Assembly (NCBI GenBank): GCA_913041125.1 | Contig: CAJWHM010000001.1 | Span: forward strand, 29,698 to 93,697 | DNA: 64,000 nt | DNA from: an uncultured Bacteroidota bacterium | Lineage (GTDB): Bacteria > Bacteroidota > Bacteroidia > Flavobacteriales > Flavobacteriaceae | Reading direction: 5' to 3' | Shown: piece after piece, positions 20,385 to 31,056 of the stretch | Numbering within the stretch: the stretch's first letter is position 1 | Layout of the letters: every line of letters begins with the position of its first letter | The notes under the pieces: generated by a model | Databases searched by the model: none | What the model was told of the DNA's origin: nothing | Seen by the model: the letters and a program-made list of their open reading frames with translations, nothing else | Position numbers and translations under genes: made by a program

Positions 20385-21590
20385 ATGAAAAAATATATTA
20401 CATTTTTACCACTTACAATAGTTTTAATTTCTATCCAGTGTTCCAGCGAGATGGATGACACTGACAACTTAGTTATTGATGAAACAATAACAACAGAAAT
20501 AGTCTCGGATAGTAATTCAACAGATAATAACAATAATTCAAATAGCTCTTCTTCGGATAGTGATTCAAATTCATTTAATCACAAAGAAATGCTAACTAAT
20601 TGGGTTGATAATATAATTATTCCTTCAATTACAAACTTTGATAATTCACTAGAAATATTTGAGGAGTCAGCTACAACTTTTGTTAATGCCCCAACAACAG
20701 AAACCCTCTCTAATTTAAAAGAAGCTTGGTTGTCTAGCTTTTTAAAATGGCAACATGTAGAAATGTTTGATATTGGTCTTTCTGAAGAAATTTTTTATAA
20801 AAATAGAATTAATCTTTATCCTACAAACGTAGAAAAAATTGAAAATAACATATCAGACCAAAATTATGACCTTGATGAGCCTGTCAATTTTTCTGCTCAA
20901 GGACTAAACGGTATAGATTATCTCTTATTTGGAATAGGTGAAAATGAAAATGAAATTATTTCTAAATTTTCAGATGAGAACTTAAACTATGGAAAGTATT
21001 TAACAGATCTAGTTGATAAGATGGTGTCACTTACTTCTGAAATTAAATTGAGTTGGAGTGATGAATATAAATCATCATTTATTAGCTCAACGGATAACAC
21101 TGCTTCCTCAAGTATAAACAAAGTAGTCAACGATTTCATATATTATTTTGAAAAGGGATATAGAGCAAATAAAATAGGGATTCCTGCGGGAGTGTTTTCT
21201 GATAAACCCCTCCCTAACAGAGTTGAAGCATATTATGGAAAAAATTATTCCAAAATACTTGCATTAGAAGCAACAGATGCTGTAAATTATTTTTTTAATG
21301 GAAATCATTCAAACGATACAGAATCTAAAGGATTAAGTATAAAAGATTATCTCGATTATCTTGAGGCAGATAAAGAAGAAAAGTTAAGTGAAAAAATAAA
21401 TAGTCAGCTTGAAAAAATAAAAACTAAAGTTTCAGAATTAAATACAAACTTTAGTGAACAAGTAAATCAGGAAAATCTTAAAATGCTAATTGCATATGAT
21501 GTAATTCAAGCTAATGTAGTTTTTTTAAAAGTTGATATGCTACAAGTGCTAAATATCAGTGTCGATTACGTGGATGCTGATGGTGATTAA
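20385..21590 (+). CDS. imelysin (peptidase M75-like) family lipoprotein
   Basis: Lipobox SIQC, Ser/Asn-rich linker, WQHVEMFDIG (HxxE-type) region and overall about 400 aa two-lobed layout. Confidence 0.65.
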   Translation: MKKYITFLPLTIVLISIQCSSEMDDTDNLVIDETITTEIVSDSNSTDNNNNSNSSSSDSDSNSFNHKEMLTNWVDNIIIPSITNFDNSLEIFEESATTFVNAPTTETLSNLKEAWLSSFLKWQHVEMFDIGLSEEIFYKNRINLYPTNVEKIENNISDQNYDLDEPVNFSAQGLNGIDYLLFGIGENENEIISKFSDENLNYGKYLTDLVDKMVSLTSEIKLSWSDEYKSSFISSTDNTASSSINKVVNDFIYYFEKGYRANKIGIPAGVFSDKPLPNRVEAYYGKNYSKILALEATDAVNYFFNGNHSNDTESKGLSIKDYLDYLEADKEEKLSEKINSQLEKIKTKVSELNTNFSEQVNQENLKMLIAYDVIQANVVFLKVDMLQVLNISVDYVDADGD

Positions 21591-21622
21591 TTATTTTTGC
21601 ACCAATATCATGTTATTTTTAA

Positions 21623-23008
21623 ATGAGAAAAACTGTAGTTGATTACATTAATAATAAAAAAACTCATTCATCAACATTAGCCTTTTTTAGAGTCACATTT
21701 GGAGCCTTAATGTTTTTATCAGTAATAAGGTTTTGGTCCAAGGGATGGATAAATTCTCTTTATGTAGAGCCTACGTTTCACTTTAAGTATTTTGGTTTTA
21801 GCTGGGTTCAGGATTTTGGTATTTATACTTACTTAGTGTTCGTTATATGTCTTGTTTCGTCACTTTTTGTTACAATAGGTTATAAATACAGAATATCAAT
21901 AATTTGCTTTTTTCTAGCCTTTACCTATGTTGAGTTAATTGATAAAACAACATATTTAAATCATTATTATTTGACAAGCTGCCTCTCATTTATAATGTGC
22001 TTTCTTCCTGCAGCAAACTATTTTTCAATTGACAATTTGATTTCAGGGCAAAAACATGAACACATCCCTGCTTGGACAGTTGATACGGTAAAGTTCTTTA
22101 TTTGTATTGTGTATTTTTATGCTGGAATAGCTAAGATAAATAGTGATTGGCTAATTGAAGCTCAACCTCTCTCGATTTGGCTAAAATCAAAATATGATTT
22201 ACCAATTATAGGAGAAACACTTCTTCAACAAAAATCAATTCATTATTTAGCTAGTTGGTTTGGAATGTTATATGATGTATTTATACCATTTTTTTTAATT
22301 TATTACAGAACAAGATATATAGCCTTCTTTTTTGTTATTGTTTTCCACGTGCTAACTAAAGTGTTTTTTCCTGCAATAGGAATGTTTCCCTACATAATGA
22401 TTTTTAGTGCAGTAATCTTTTTTGATTCAAAGCTTCATATTTTATTATTAGAAAAAATTAAGATGGTCCTTAATAAAACTTTGACATTTTTTAGAATAAA
22501 AATATCAAATACATCAAAAACAGTTTATAAGCCAATAATTATAAAAAAAATTATCCCATTTATTTTGGTGACTTTTTTATTAATACAAATTGTTTTTCCA
22601 TTTAGATACTTTCTCTATCCTGGAGAACTATTTTGGAATGAGCAAGGTTACAGGTTCTCATGGCGTGTTATGCTTATTGAGAAGCGAGGTGAAACCACAT
22701 TTAAAGTAAAAGATAGCATTACTAATAATTTTTTTTATGTAAAAAATGACGACTTTCTAACTCCCTTTCAAATTAAACAAATGAGTTTTCAACCAGACTT
22801 CATTTTAGAATATGCCCATTACCTAGGTGAACACTTTAAAAAACAGGGTCATAAAAATATTCAGATTTTTGCAGACAGTTTTGTTGCACTTAACGGAAGA
22901 CCCAGCCAAAGGTTTATTGATCCAAATATTGACCTTCTATCAAAAAAAGAATCATTTTACAACAAAAACTGGATTTTACCATTAAATGATGTTATCAAAG
23001 GGCTATAA
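21623..23008 (+). CDS. HTTM domain protein (vitamin K-dependent gamma-carboxylase-like membrane domain)
   Basis: LAFFRVTFGALMFLSVIRF...GWI N-terminus, multiple TM helices, soluble C-terminal domain. Confidence 0.7.
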   Translation: MRKTVVDYINNKKTHSSTLAFFRVTFGALMFLSVIRFWSKGWINSLYVEPTFHFKYFGFSWVQDFGIYTYLVFVICLVSSLFVTIGYKYRISIICFFLAFTYVELIDKTTYLNHYYLTSCLSFIMCFLPAANYFSIDNLISGQKHEHIPAWTVDTVKFFICIVYFYAGIAKINSDWLIEAQPLSIWLKSKYDLPIIGETLLQQKSIHYLASWFGMLYDVFIPFFLIYYRTRYIAFFFVIVFHVLTKVFFPAIGMFPYIMIFSAVIFFDSKLHILLLEKIKMVLNKTLTFFRIKISNTSKTVYKPIIIKKIIPFILVTFLLIQIVFPFRYFLYPGELFWNEQGYRFSWRVMLIEKRGETTFKVKDSITNNFFYVKNDDFLTPFQIKQMSFQPDFILEYAHYLGEHFKKQGHKNIQIFADSFVALNGRPSQRFIDPNIDLLSKKESFYNKNWILPLNDVIKGL

Positions 23009-25412
23009 CTTTCTTTTCTTTTTTCTAATTTCAAATCTTTATTGTCAGACAATAATTGAAGGGGTTGTCATTATAGATAATTTATATGATGAAAACACTA
23101 AAATAAATATTTATGAAAAAAGTCGTGGAATAATATCAACTGCAGAACCGAATATTCCTTTTGAAATAGAGGTTTTTAAAGATAAAATCGAATTAATCTT
23201 TATTGCGGAGGGATACCCTATTGTAAGAAAAAAGATTGATTTTTTAAGAGATGGGAACCCTTATATTACAGTTCAACTCAAAGCTGAGGAACTCTCAGAA
23301 GTTGTGATTAGTTCAAGAAAAAAAGAGATTTTTCTTTTAAAAAAAATGAATGACTTTGAAAAAACTGAAATTTATGCTGGAAAGAAGAGTGAAGTAATAT
23401 TGGTTGAACAGTCTATGGCCAACCTTGCATCAAATATCTCTAGACAAATTTATAATCAAATCCCAGGATTAAATATTTATCAAAATGATGATGCTGGACT
23501 TCAACTAAATATTGGAGGTAGAGGATTAGATCCAAATAGAACATCTAACTTTAACACCCGCCAAAATGGATATGATATAAGTGCAGATGTACTTGGATAC
23601 CCTGAAAGCTATTACACCCCGCCATCAGAAGGACTCGAAGAAGTTCAGATAATAAGAGGTGCTGCATCTCTCCAATATGGCACTCAATTTGGTGGTTTGA
23701 TAAATTTTAAATTAAAAAAACCAGACCCTTACAAACCTTTTTCTATTTTAACAAGAAATACGATAGGTTCAAATCAACTTTTAACAAACTTTACAATGGC
23801 ATCAGGTACAATTAAAAAATTTAAGTATCTAGGATTTTTTAATGGAAAAAAAGGAAATGGTTTCAGACCTAATTCTAAATTTAAATCTTCTAATTTTTTC
23901 TTTCAAGCTGGATATGATTTTTCTAATAGAACCTCATTAACAGGAGAAATTACTTATTTAAATTACTTAGCCCAACAAGGAGGTGGTTTGTCAGATGATA
24001 TGTTCCAGCAAAATCCTTTTCAAAGCAATAGAGCAAGAAATTGGTTTAATTTAGACTGGTTTTTATATAATTTGAAACTTGAACATACTTTTAGTAATCT
24101 ATCAAACCTAAGTATAAATTTATTTGGCCTTGATGCTGAAAGAAATTCGATAGGTTTTAGATCCAATCGAGTAAGTCAAATTGATCCAAATGAAGAAAGA
24201 GATCTAATTGTAGGCGATTTTAAAAATTTTGGAGCCGAGGTAAGATGGCTCAAGAGTTATTTTATTAAAGAGAAAAAATCTGTTTTTTTAGTCGGTGGAA
24301 AGTATTATAAATCAAATAATACTTCAGTACAAGGTCCTGGTTCTGAAGATTTTGATGCTGACTTTGATTTTTATTTAAATGAGTATCCAAATTATAATCA
24401 ACAATCTAATTATAACTATCCCAATAAAAATATTGCGATTTTTTCAGAAAATATATTTTATTTAACACCCAAACTTTCATTTACCCCAGGATTTAGATTT
24501 GAATATATAGAAACATCATCTATTGGTGAATACAAAAAAATCAATACTGATGCTGCAGGAAATGTGATTTTAAATAGAGTAATTCCGTCTTCAGAAATAA
24601 GAAAAAGAGAATTTGCCCTTCTTGGTTTAGGACTAGGATATAATTTTTCAGACAAGATGGAGTTCTATGGTAATATTTCACAAAATTACAGATCGGTAAC
24701 CTTTGCAGATATTAGCATAATAAACCCTGCATTTATTATTAATCCAGATATTACTGATGAAAGGGGATTTACAACAGATGTTGGAATAAGAGGTAAAAAC
24801 TTAAAATTATTTTCCTTTGATATCAATGTATTTAGAATAGGTTATGATAATAGAATTGGATTTATACAAAAAAAATTTTCTGATGGTAGTGTAAAAACAG
24901 AAAGAGGCAATGTAGGAAACGCAGTCATTTATGGTTTTGAATCTTTAGTAGATTTTAATTTTATTGAGGTATTGAAAATTGATAAAAAAAATTATTCATT
25001 TAATTATTTTATTAATTTATCATTAATAGATTCTGAATATGTAAGTTCTGAAACCCCTGGTATTGAGGGGAAAAAAGTTGAGTTTGTACCAAAAACAAAT
25101 TTAAAAACAGGTCTTAGAGCAGGATATAAAAATTTTTCACTCAATGCTCAATACAGTTTTCTTTCCGACCAATTTTCTGATTCAACGAATGCAATTAACG
25201 GTAATCTAAGTGGTGTTATTGGGCTAATACCTAGTTATGAAATTATCGATATTTCTGCTTCTTTTAAAAAAGGAATCTTCAAATTTGAAGTAGGCATAAA
25301 TAATTTATTAGATGAAAAATATTTTACCCGAAGAGCAACTGGTTATCCAGGTCCAGGAATAATACCCTCGCCAAATAGAAATTTATATATTACAACTCAG
25401 ATAAAATTTTAG
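22986..25412 (+). CDS. TonB-dependent receptor
   Basis: 808 aa. Plug region (IIRGAASLQYG), beta-barrel repeats, C-terminal ...LYITTQIKF. 23-nt overlap with the HTTM gene. Confidence 0.9.
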   Translation: MMLSKGYNFLFFFLISNLYCQTIIEGVVIIDNLYDENTKINIYEKSRGIISTAEPNIPFEIEVFKDKIELIFIAEGYPIVRKKIDFLRDGNPYITVQLKAEELSEVVISSRKKEIFLLKKMNDFEKTEIYAGKKSEVILVEQSMANLASNISRQIYNQIPGLNIYQNDDAGLQLNIGGRGLDPNRTSNFNTRQNGYDISADVLGYPESYYTPPSEGLEEVQIIRGAASLQYGTQFGGLINFKLKKPDPYKPFSILTRNTIGSNQLLTNFTMASGTIKKFKYLGFFNGKKGNGFRPNSKFKSSNFFFQAGYDFSNRTSLTGEITYLNYLAQQGGGLSDDMFQQNPFQSNRARNWFNLDWFLYNLKLEHTFSNLSNLSINLFGLDAERNSIGFRSNRVSQIDPNEERDLIVGDFKNFGAEVRWLKSYFIKEKKSVFLVGGKYYKSNNTSVQGPGSEDFDADFDFYLNEYPNYNQQSNYNYPNKNIAIFSENIFYLTPKLSFTPGFRFEYIETSSIGEYKKINTDAAGNVILNRVIPSSEIRKREFALLGLGLGYNFSDKMEFYGNISQNYRSVTFADISIINPAFIINPDITDERGFTTDVGIRGKNLKLFSFDINVFRIGYDNRIGFIQKKFSDGSVKTERGNVGNAVIYGFESLVDFNFIEVLKIDKKNYSFNYFINLSLIDSEYVSSETPGIEGKKVEFVPKTNLKTGLRAGYKNFSLNAQYSFLSDQFSDSTNAINGNLSGVIGLIPSYEIIDISASFKKGIFKFEVGINNLLDEKYFTRRATGYPGPGIIPSPNRNLYITTQIKF

Positions 25413-25470
25413 AATTTTATCATCTTGAGTTTATCTTAACTTTTATGAACAATATTCTTAATTTAAAATT

Positions 25471-26088
25471 CTAAGGATACAATAAGACTAAAGCAATAAA
25501 TACTAAAACTACACCCTGAATTTTTTTCCAAAATGATTTTTTAGTATGAGACAAAATCCTTTTACCTAATTTGTCTGATAGCATTGATATCATCAAAAAA
25601 ATAATTAAAGCCTGAATTATAAAAATACCTCCTAAAATTAAGAACTGTAAATTATATGATAAATCATTTGAGAAAATAAATCCAGGGAAAAAACCTATAA
25701 AGAAGAGACTCACTTTTGGATTACTAATATTCATTATAAAACCCGTTAAAAAAAAACGTTTCTTCAAATTAGCAGAAACTTCTTTTTGTTTATTATTTGA
25801 AGCTTTATTTAAATCATATGCCAAATAAATTAAATATGCTGCACCTGATATTTCAACAATACGAATCCAATGTGGATATATTTCAAAAAAAATTCCCAAC
25901 CCAAGCATTATCAATAGTGTATGGATTACAAGTCCTGTACACAGACCTAAAGAAATCTTTGATCCATTTTTCCAACCTTCAGATATACTAGTTGTTATAA
26001 CAAACAAAATGTCTGGACCAGGTAAAAGTGTCAGACTAATTGAAGAAATTATAAAAAGTAAAATTGTATTATAATCCATTTTAGACAA
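25471..26088 (-). CDS. LysE-family amino-acid exporter
   Basis: 205 aa, 6 TM helices. N-terminal LLPGPD motif, NPK motif mid-protein. Confidence 0.8.
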   Translation of the reverse strand: MSKMDYNTILLFIISSISLTLLPGPDILFVITTSISEGWKNGSKISLGLCTGLVIHTLLIMLGLGIFFEIYPHWIRIVEISGAAYLIYLAYDLNKASNNKQKEVSANLKKRFFLTGFIMNISNPKVSLFFIGFFPGFIFSNDLSYNLQFLILGGIFIIQALIIFLMISMLSDKLGKRILSHTKKSFWKKIQGVVLVFIALVLLYP

Positions 26089-26114
26089 ATTTATAGATAT
26101 ATTTGTACTTTAAA

Positions 26115-26906
26115 ATGATTGCTTTGAAGATGATAGAAAGATTACAAAATGAACTTCTCCCTCTTAGAGAAGAATTAAAAAATCACCCGATTTACAAATC
26201 AATAAATGACATAGATGATTTGAAAAAATTCATGGAATCTCACGTTTTTGCTGTATGGGATTTTATGTCACTTTTAAAACAACTTCAAAATCATTTAAGC
26301 TGCAATAATATACCTTGGAGTCCATCAGGTTATCCAAAAGCATCTAGATTAATAAATGAAATTGTTTGGGGAGAGGAATCTGACATTAATAAAAATGGAG
26401 TTGCTATGAGTCATTTTGAGATGTACATCGAAGCGATGAAGTCAATTAATGCAAATACCAAAGAGATTGATTATGTAATTAATGCTGTCAAAAAGAAAGA
26501 AGATATTTTCAAAATTCTAAGTAACTCATCACTCCCGAAACATATAATTGATTTTCTAAAGTTTACGTTTGAAGTTGTTAATTCTAATAATATTCATGTT
26601 ATAGCCGCAGTATTTACATTTGGAAGAGAAGACCTAATACCTGATATGTTCATACAGATAATCAAAAATTTAAAAATCGATACAGAAAAGGAGCTATCAG
26701 ATATAATATATTATTTTGAACGCCATATTGAAGTTGATTCTGACGAACACGGACCTTTAGCATTAGAAATGATTCAACAGCTATGTGGTAATGATAGTGA
26801 AAAATGGGAAGAGGCATTAATATACTCAAAAAAAGCTTTACAGTTAAGAATTGGTCTTTGGGATGGTATTATGGCTAATAAAAAAAACAAATTGAGTTTC
26901 GCTTAA
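26115..26906 (+). CDS. DUF3050-like (heme-oxygenase-like fold) protein
   Basis: HPIYKSI...ESHVFAVWDFMSLLKQLQ and ERHIEVDSDEHG motifs. ORF track starts at TTG 26103; ATG 26115 is preferred. Confidence 0.65.
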   Translation: MIALKMIERLQNELLPLREELKNHPIYKSINDIDDLKKFMESHVFAVWDFMSLLKQLQNHLSCNNIPWSPSGYPKASRLINEIVWGEESDINKNGVAMSHFEMYIEAMKSINANTKEIDYVINAVKKKEDIFKILSNSSLPKHIIDFLKFTFEVVNSNNIHVIAAVFTFGREDLIPDMFIQIIKNLKIDTEKELSDIIYYFERHIEVDSDEHGPLALEMIQQLCGNDSEKWEEALIYSKKALQLRIGLWDGIMANKKNKLSFA

Positions 26907-26943
26907 GTAGGATAAATTAAATTAAATTTATCACAAAAAACAA

Positions 26944-27951
26944 ATGAAACTTTACACTGTTATTTTATTTTTTTGTTTTAGTTGGTGCTTTTGTCAGAAC
27001 AGTTTAGATCCAAAACAATTTGCTGAAACAATAACTGCGAAAGAACTTAAGGAGAGCCTATATGTTTACGCATCAGACTATTTTCAAGGAAGAGAAACAG
27101 GAGAAATAGGCCAAAAAAGAGCTATAAATTTTTTACAAAATTTTTATTCAACTTCGCAAATACCTCCTGCAAATGGAACAGAAGACTATCTTCAAAAAAT
27201 GGAGTTGCCAATCAAAGGGATAAAAGTCAAAACAGAAAACGTAGCGGCAATTATAAAAGGGAATGATTTTCCAGAAGAATATATCTTAATCTCTGCACAC
27301 CTTGATCATATAGGAATAGATGATAACGGAGATATAAATAATGGTGCTGATGATGATGGTTCAGGTACAGTTGCACTTTTAGAAATAGCAGAAGCTTTTA
27401 AAAAAGCAGAATTAGCAGGAAAAAGTCCTAAAAGAAGTTTAATTTTTCTACATGTGACTGGTGAAGAAAAAGGGCTATTAGGCTCAAAATATTATACAGA
27501 AAATCCGCTTTATCCCTTAGAAAAAACGATGGCTAATTTGAATATAGATATGATAGGCAGAACTGATCTTTTACACAAAAAAGAAGAAAATTACATGTAT
27601 TTAATAGGTTCGAATATACTCTCTAATGATCTTCATTTATTGTCAGAAAAAATGAACGAAAAGTACACTAAACTTGATCTTGACTACAGATACAATGATC
27701 CCAATACATTGGTTTTTGAATTTGGAAAATATAAGCCAAACAGATATTACTTTAGATCTGATCATTACAATTTTGCAAAAAATAATATTCCTGTAATATT
27801 TTATTTTAGCGGAACTCATGAAGACTATCATAAACCTGGAGATACTGTGGATAAAATTTTATACAAAACGCTAGAGAAAAGAACAAAACTCATTTTCTAT
27901 ACAGCATGGGAATTAGCAAACAGAAAAAATAAAATTAAACTGAATAAATAA
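26944..27951 (+). CDS. M28-family zinc aminopeptidase
   Basis: Signal peptide. SAHLDH, GADDDGSG and GEEKGLLGS metal-ligand motifs. Confidence 0.85.
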   Translation: MKLYTVILFFCFSWCFCQNSLDPKQFAETITAKELKESLYVYASDYFQGRETGEIGQKRAINFLQNFYSTSQIPPANGTEDYLQKMELPIKGIKVKTENVAAIIKGNDFPEEYILISAHLDHIGIDDNGDINNGADDDGSGTVALLEIAEAFKKAELAGKSPKRSLIFLHVTGEEKGLLGSKYYTENPLYPLEKTMANLNIDMIGRTDLLHKKEENYMYLIGSNILSNDLHLLSEKMNEKYTKLDLDYRYNDPNTLVFEFGKYKPNRYYFRSDHYNFAKNNIPVIFYFSGTHEDYHKPGDTVDKILYKTLEKRTKLIFYTAWELANRKNKIKLNK

Positions 27952-27952
27952 T

Positions 27953-28582
27953 ATGAACTTAAAAAAAATAACAACGATAACCACCGCAATCATATTAATG
28001 ACATCTTTCTCATATGGACAAAATGATGAAATTATTATTGAAAACTCTGATAGTTTAAAAATTAAAAGAATAAATATTGGATTAAAAATTGGTATCCCCA
28101 ACATAGTTGGAGGATCAGCAGAGATAACTCTTCCAATATTGAATAACAGAATTTCACCTTATTTTGATATAAGTGGTTTTAATTTAGAAGCAGATGATAT
28201 AGAAACTAATTTTTCATATTCTGAATTTGGAGCAAATGTTTATTTAAATCAAAAAGGTAATGGTTTTTTTGTTTCGCTAGGAAGAGGACAATTTAATACT
28301 GAATTGACATTTAATGATTTAGATTTTGACGGAGCAAGAGGTAGTGCCACAACTGACTTTGATTTTGGTACTACAAACATAAAATTGGGTTTAAAATCAG
28401 GAGGTAGTTTTTATTTCCGTTTTGAAGTAGGATATGGAATAGGTGATATTCCGGATTCGATAAATTTTACGGCTACCTCAGGGGGTATAACAGAAACCTT
28501 TAGTGAAGATATTCCACCCATTCCTGGTTTGAGTTCAGGTGGTACAATAATTGGAAATATTGGTTTTGGTTTTGCTTTCTAA
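27953..28582 (+). CDS. outer-membrane beta-barrel protein, hypothetical
   Basis: Signal peptide, Gly/aromatic alternating strands, C-terminal GFGFAF. Confidence 0.6.
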   Translation: MNLKKITTITTAIILMTSFSYGQNDEIIIENSDSLKIKRINIGLKIGIPNIVGGSAEITLPILNNRISPYFDISGFNLEADDIETNFSYSEFGANVYLNQKGNGFFVSLGRGQFNTELTFNDLDFDGARGSATTDFDFGTTNIKLGLKSGGSFYFRFEVGYGIGDIPDSINFTATSGGITETFSEDIPPIPGLSSGGTIIGNIGFGFAF

Positions 28583-28663
28583 TTTGGAATTTAAATAGCT
28601 TTACAAATTGATATCTTTTTCAGGACAAAAATCACCACTATATTTGTGATTTTATAAAAAATT

Positions 28664-31054
28664 ATGATTAAGACTATTCTTGTTAAAAGGATAAATTACT
28701 ATTTATTCTTTCCAACAATTCTTCTTTTATTAATTTCTAATTTTTCATTAGCTCAAGAAAAATTTACTCTTTCAGGTTTTGTTTCAGATATTGATAGTAA
28801 GGAAACTCTCATTGGTGTGAATATTATTGTTCCTGAACTACAAATTGGGACAATTACTAATGATTATGGATTTTACTCTTTGACATTACCAAAAGGAAAT
28901 CATATTTTACAAATTAACTATCTAGGATATAGAACTAAAAAGGAAAATATTATTTTAAATGAAGATATAACAAAAAATTTTGGACTTAAACAGCAATCAG
29001 AAATCCTTGACGAAATAATTCTGGAGGAAAATATTGAGACACTTAATATAAAAAGCCCCCAAATGAGTGTAAACAGACTAGCGATTAATACAATAAAAAA
29101 AATCCCTGCTGTTTTAGGTGAAGCTGATATTATCAAATCAATAACATTGTTGCCTGGAGTTACAAATGCTGGTGAAGGAGCCTCTGGGTTTAACGTTAGA
29201 GGAGGTGCTGCAGATCAAAATTTGATTCTTTTAGATGAAGCTATAATATTTAATTCCTCACATTTATTTGGATTTTTTTCTGTATTTAATCCGGAGGCAA
29301 TAAAGGATATTCGATTATACAAAGGAGGGATTCCTGCTTTATATGGGGGAAGAGCTTCCTCAGTTCTAAATATTTATCAGAAAGAAGGGAATAAAAACGA
29401 ATTTAAAAGTCAAGGCGGGGTTGGATTAATATCTAGTCGATTACTTCTAGAGGGGCCATTAAAAAAAGGAAAAAGTTCATTTCTAATAGGTGGAAGAAGC
29501 AGTTATGCTCATCTATTCTTGCCATTAATAGAAAGTATTGATAATAACAAGGCCTATTTTTATGATTTAAATACCAAATTAAGTTATAATCTTAATGAAA
29601 AAAATACTTTGTATTTATCAGGATATTTTGGAAGAGATGTTTTTGATATTGATAATTTATTTGATTTAGCTTATGGCAATTCGGTTGCTAATTTTCGTTG
29701 GAATCATTTATTTTCTAATAAATTATTTTCAAACCTATCCCTAATTTATTCTGATTATGATTACACCTTGGATTTTGGACTAGCCGAATTTGATTGGAAT
29801 TTAGGCATAACAAACTTTAATTTTAAATATGATTTTAAAAATTATTTAAATGATAGAACTAAGTTAGAATACGGATTGAATAGTATTTATTACAAATTTG
29901 ATCCAGGATTAATTCAACCAACAGAAGAAACTTCTCCTATACAAACCAGAAAATTGGAAGACAAATTTGCATTTGAAAATGCATTATATACTGGATTGAA
30001 TTATAAACTTAAAAAAAATATAAATCTTCAATTAGGTTTAAGACTAAGTCAATTTATTCGCTTAGGACAAAAACTAAATACTTACCAAAACAACAATCCT
30101 CTTCTCTATATAGATTCCTCAAAAGCTTATGAAGAAGCAGTCCCAACGGGATCAATAAATTACTCAAAAGGAGATGTAATTAAAACTTTTACAAGACTAG
30201 AACCTCGTTTTTCATTAGCCTACCAAATAAGATCAAACCAGTCAGTTAAATTAAGTTACAACAGAATGGCACAATATTTACACCTAATATCTAACACTAA
30301 CTCCCCTACCCCAATAGATGTATGGGCTCCAAGTGGAAAATTTATAGACCCACAATTATTAGATCAGTTTGCGATTGGCTATTTCAAAACATTCAAAAAT
30401 AATAGCTATAATATTGAGTTAGAAGTTTTTCATAAAATGATTGAAAATAGATTAGATTATATTGATGGTGCAGAACTTATAGCAAATGATGCTATTGAAC
30501 AAGTCTTACTTAGTGGTGAAGCAAAGGCATCTGGTTTAGAGTTTTTAATAAGAAAGAACGAAGGAAGACTTACAGGATGGATCGCTTACACTTTATCTAG
30601 ATCAGAACAGAGAACACCTGGAAGAAATCAAAATGAAGTAGGGATAAATTATGGAGAATGGTATTTCACCCCCTATGATAAAACACATGATATTTCAATA
30701 ACATCAAACTATAATTTGAATAAAAAATGGGATTTTAACTTAAATTTTATATACCAAACCGGACAACCAATTACCTACCCTAACGCTCAGTATCAATTTT
30801 CTGGATTTTCAATTCCTAATTTTGAATCAAGAAACAGTAGTAGACTACCATCATATAACAGATTAGATGTTTCAGCTATATTGACTCCTGATAATAACAA
30901 AGGACAATGGATATTTGGAGTTTATAATATTTATAATAGGAAAAATGCAGCATCAATAAGGTTTCAAGAAAATCTAGATACTGGAATTAATGAAGCTTTA
31001 AGGCTAACAATTTTTGGAATTATTCCGTCTGTGACTTATAACTTTAAATTTTAA
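28664..31054 (+). CDS. TonB-dependent receptor with N-terminal carboxypeptidase-regulatory-like domain
   Basis: FTLSGFVSD...LIGVNI (CarbopepD_reg-like), plug region, barrel, terminal YNFKF. Confidence 0.9.
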   Translation: MIKTILVKRINYYLFFPTILLLLISNFSLAQEKFTLSGFVSDIDSKETLIGVNIIVPELQIGTITNDYGFYSLTLPKGNHILQINYLGYRTKKENIILNEDITKNFGLKQQSEILDEIILEENIETLNIKSPQMSVNRLAINTIKKIPAVLGEADIIKSITLLPGVTNAGEGASGFNVRGGAADQNLILLDEAIIFNSSHLFGFFSVFNPEAIKDIRLYKGGIPALYGGRASSVLNIYQKEGNKNEFKSQGGVGLISSRLLLEGPLKKGKSSFLIGGRSSYAHLFLPLIESIDNNKAYFYDLNTKLSYNLNEKNTLYLSGYFGRDVFDIDNLFDLAYGNSVANFRWNHLFSNKLFSNLSLIYSDYDYTLDFGLAEFDWNLGITNFNFKYDFKNYLNDRTKLEYGLNSIYYKFDPGLIQPTEETSPIQTRKLEDKFAFENALYTGLNYKLKKNINLQLGLRLSQFIRLGQKLNTYQNNNPLLYIDSSKAYEEAVPTGSINYSKGDVIKTFTRLEPRFSLAYQIRSNQSVKLSYNRMAQYLHLISNTNSPTPIDVWAPSGKFIDPQLLDQFAIGYFKTFKNNSYNIELEVFHKMIENRLDYIDGAELIANDAIEQVLLSGEAKASGLEFLIRKNEGRLTGWIAYTLSRSEQRTPGRNQNEVGINYGEWYFTPYDKTHDISITSNYNLNKKWDFNLNFIYQTGQPITYPNAQYQFSGFSIPNFESRNSSRLPSYNRLDVSAILTPDNNKGQWIFGVYNIYNRKNAASIRFQENLDTGINEALRLTIFGIIPSVTYNFKF

Positions 31055-31056
31055 CG

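Noticed and set aside
28628-28653. AAAATCAC-N10-GTGATTTT inverted repeat before the second TonB receptor, considered as a terminator or riboswitch stem.
   Set aside because: The stem is AT-rich with a 10-nt loop, only 11 nt from the start codon. The spacer (81 nt) is too short for a cobalamin or TPP riboswitch, and no conserved riboswitch core was seen.
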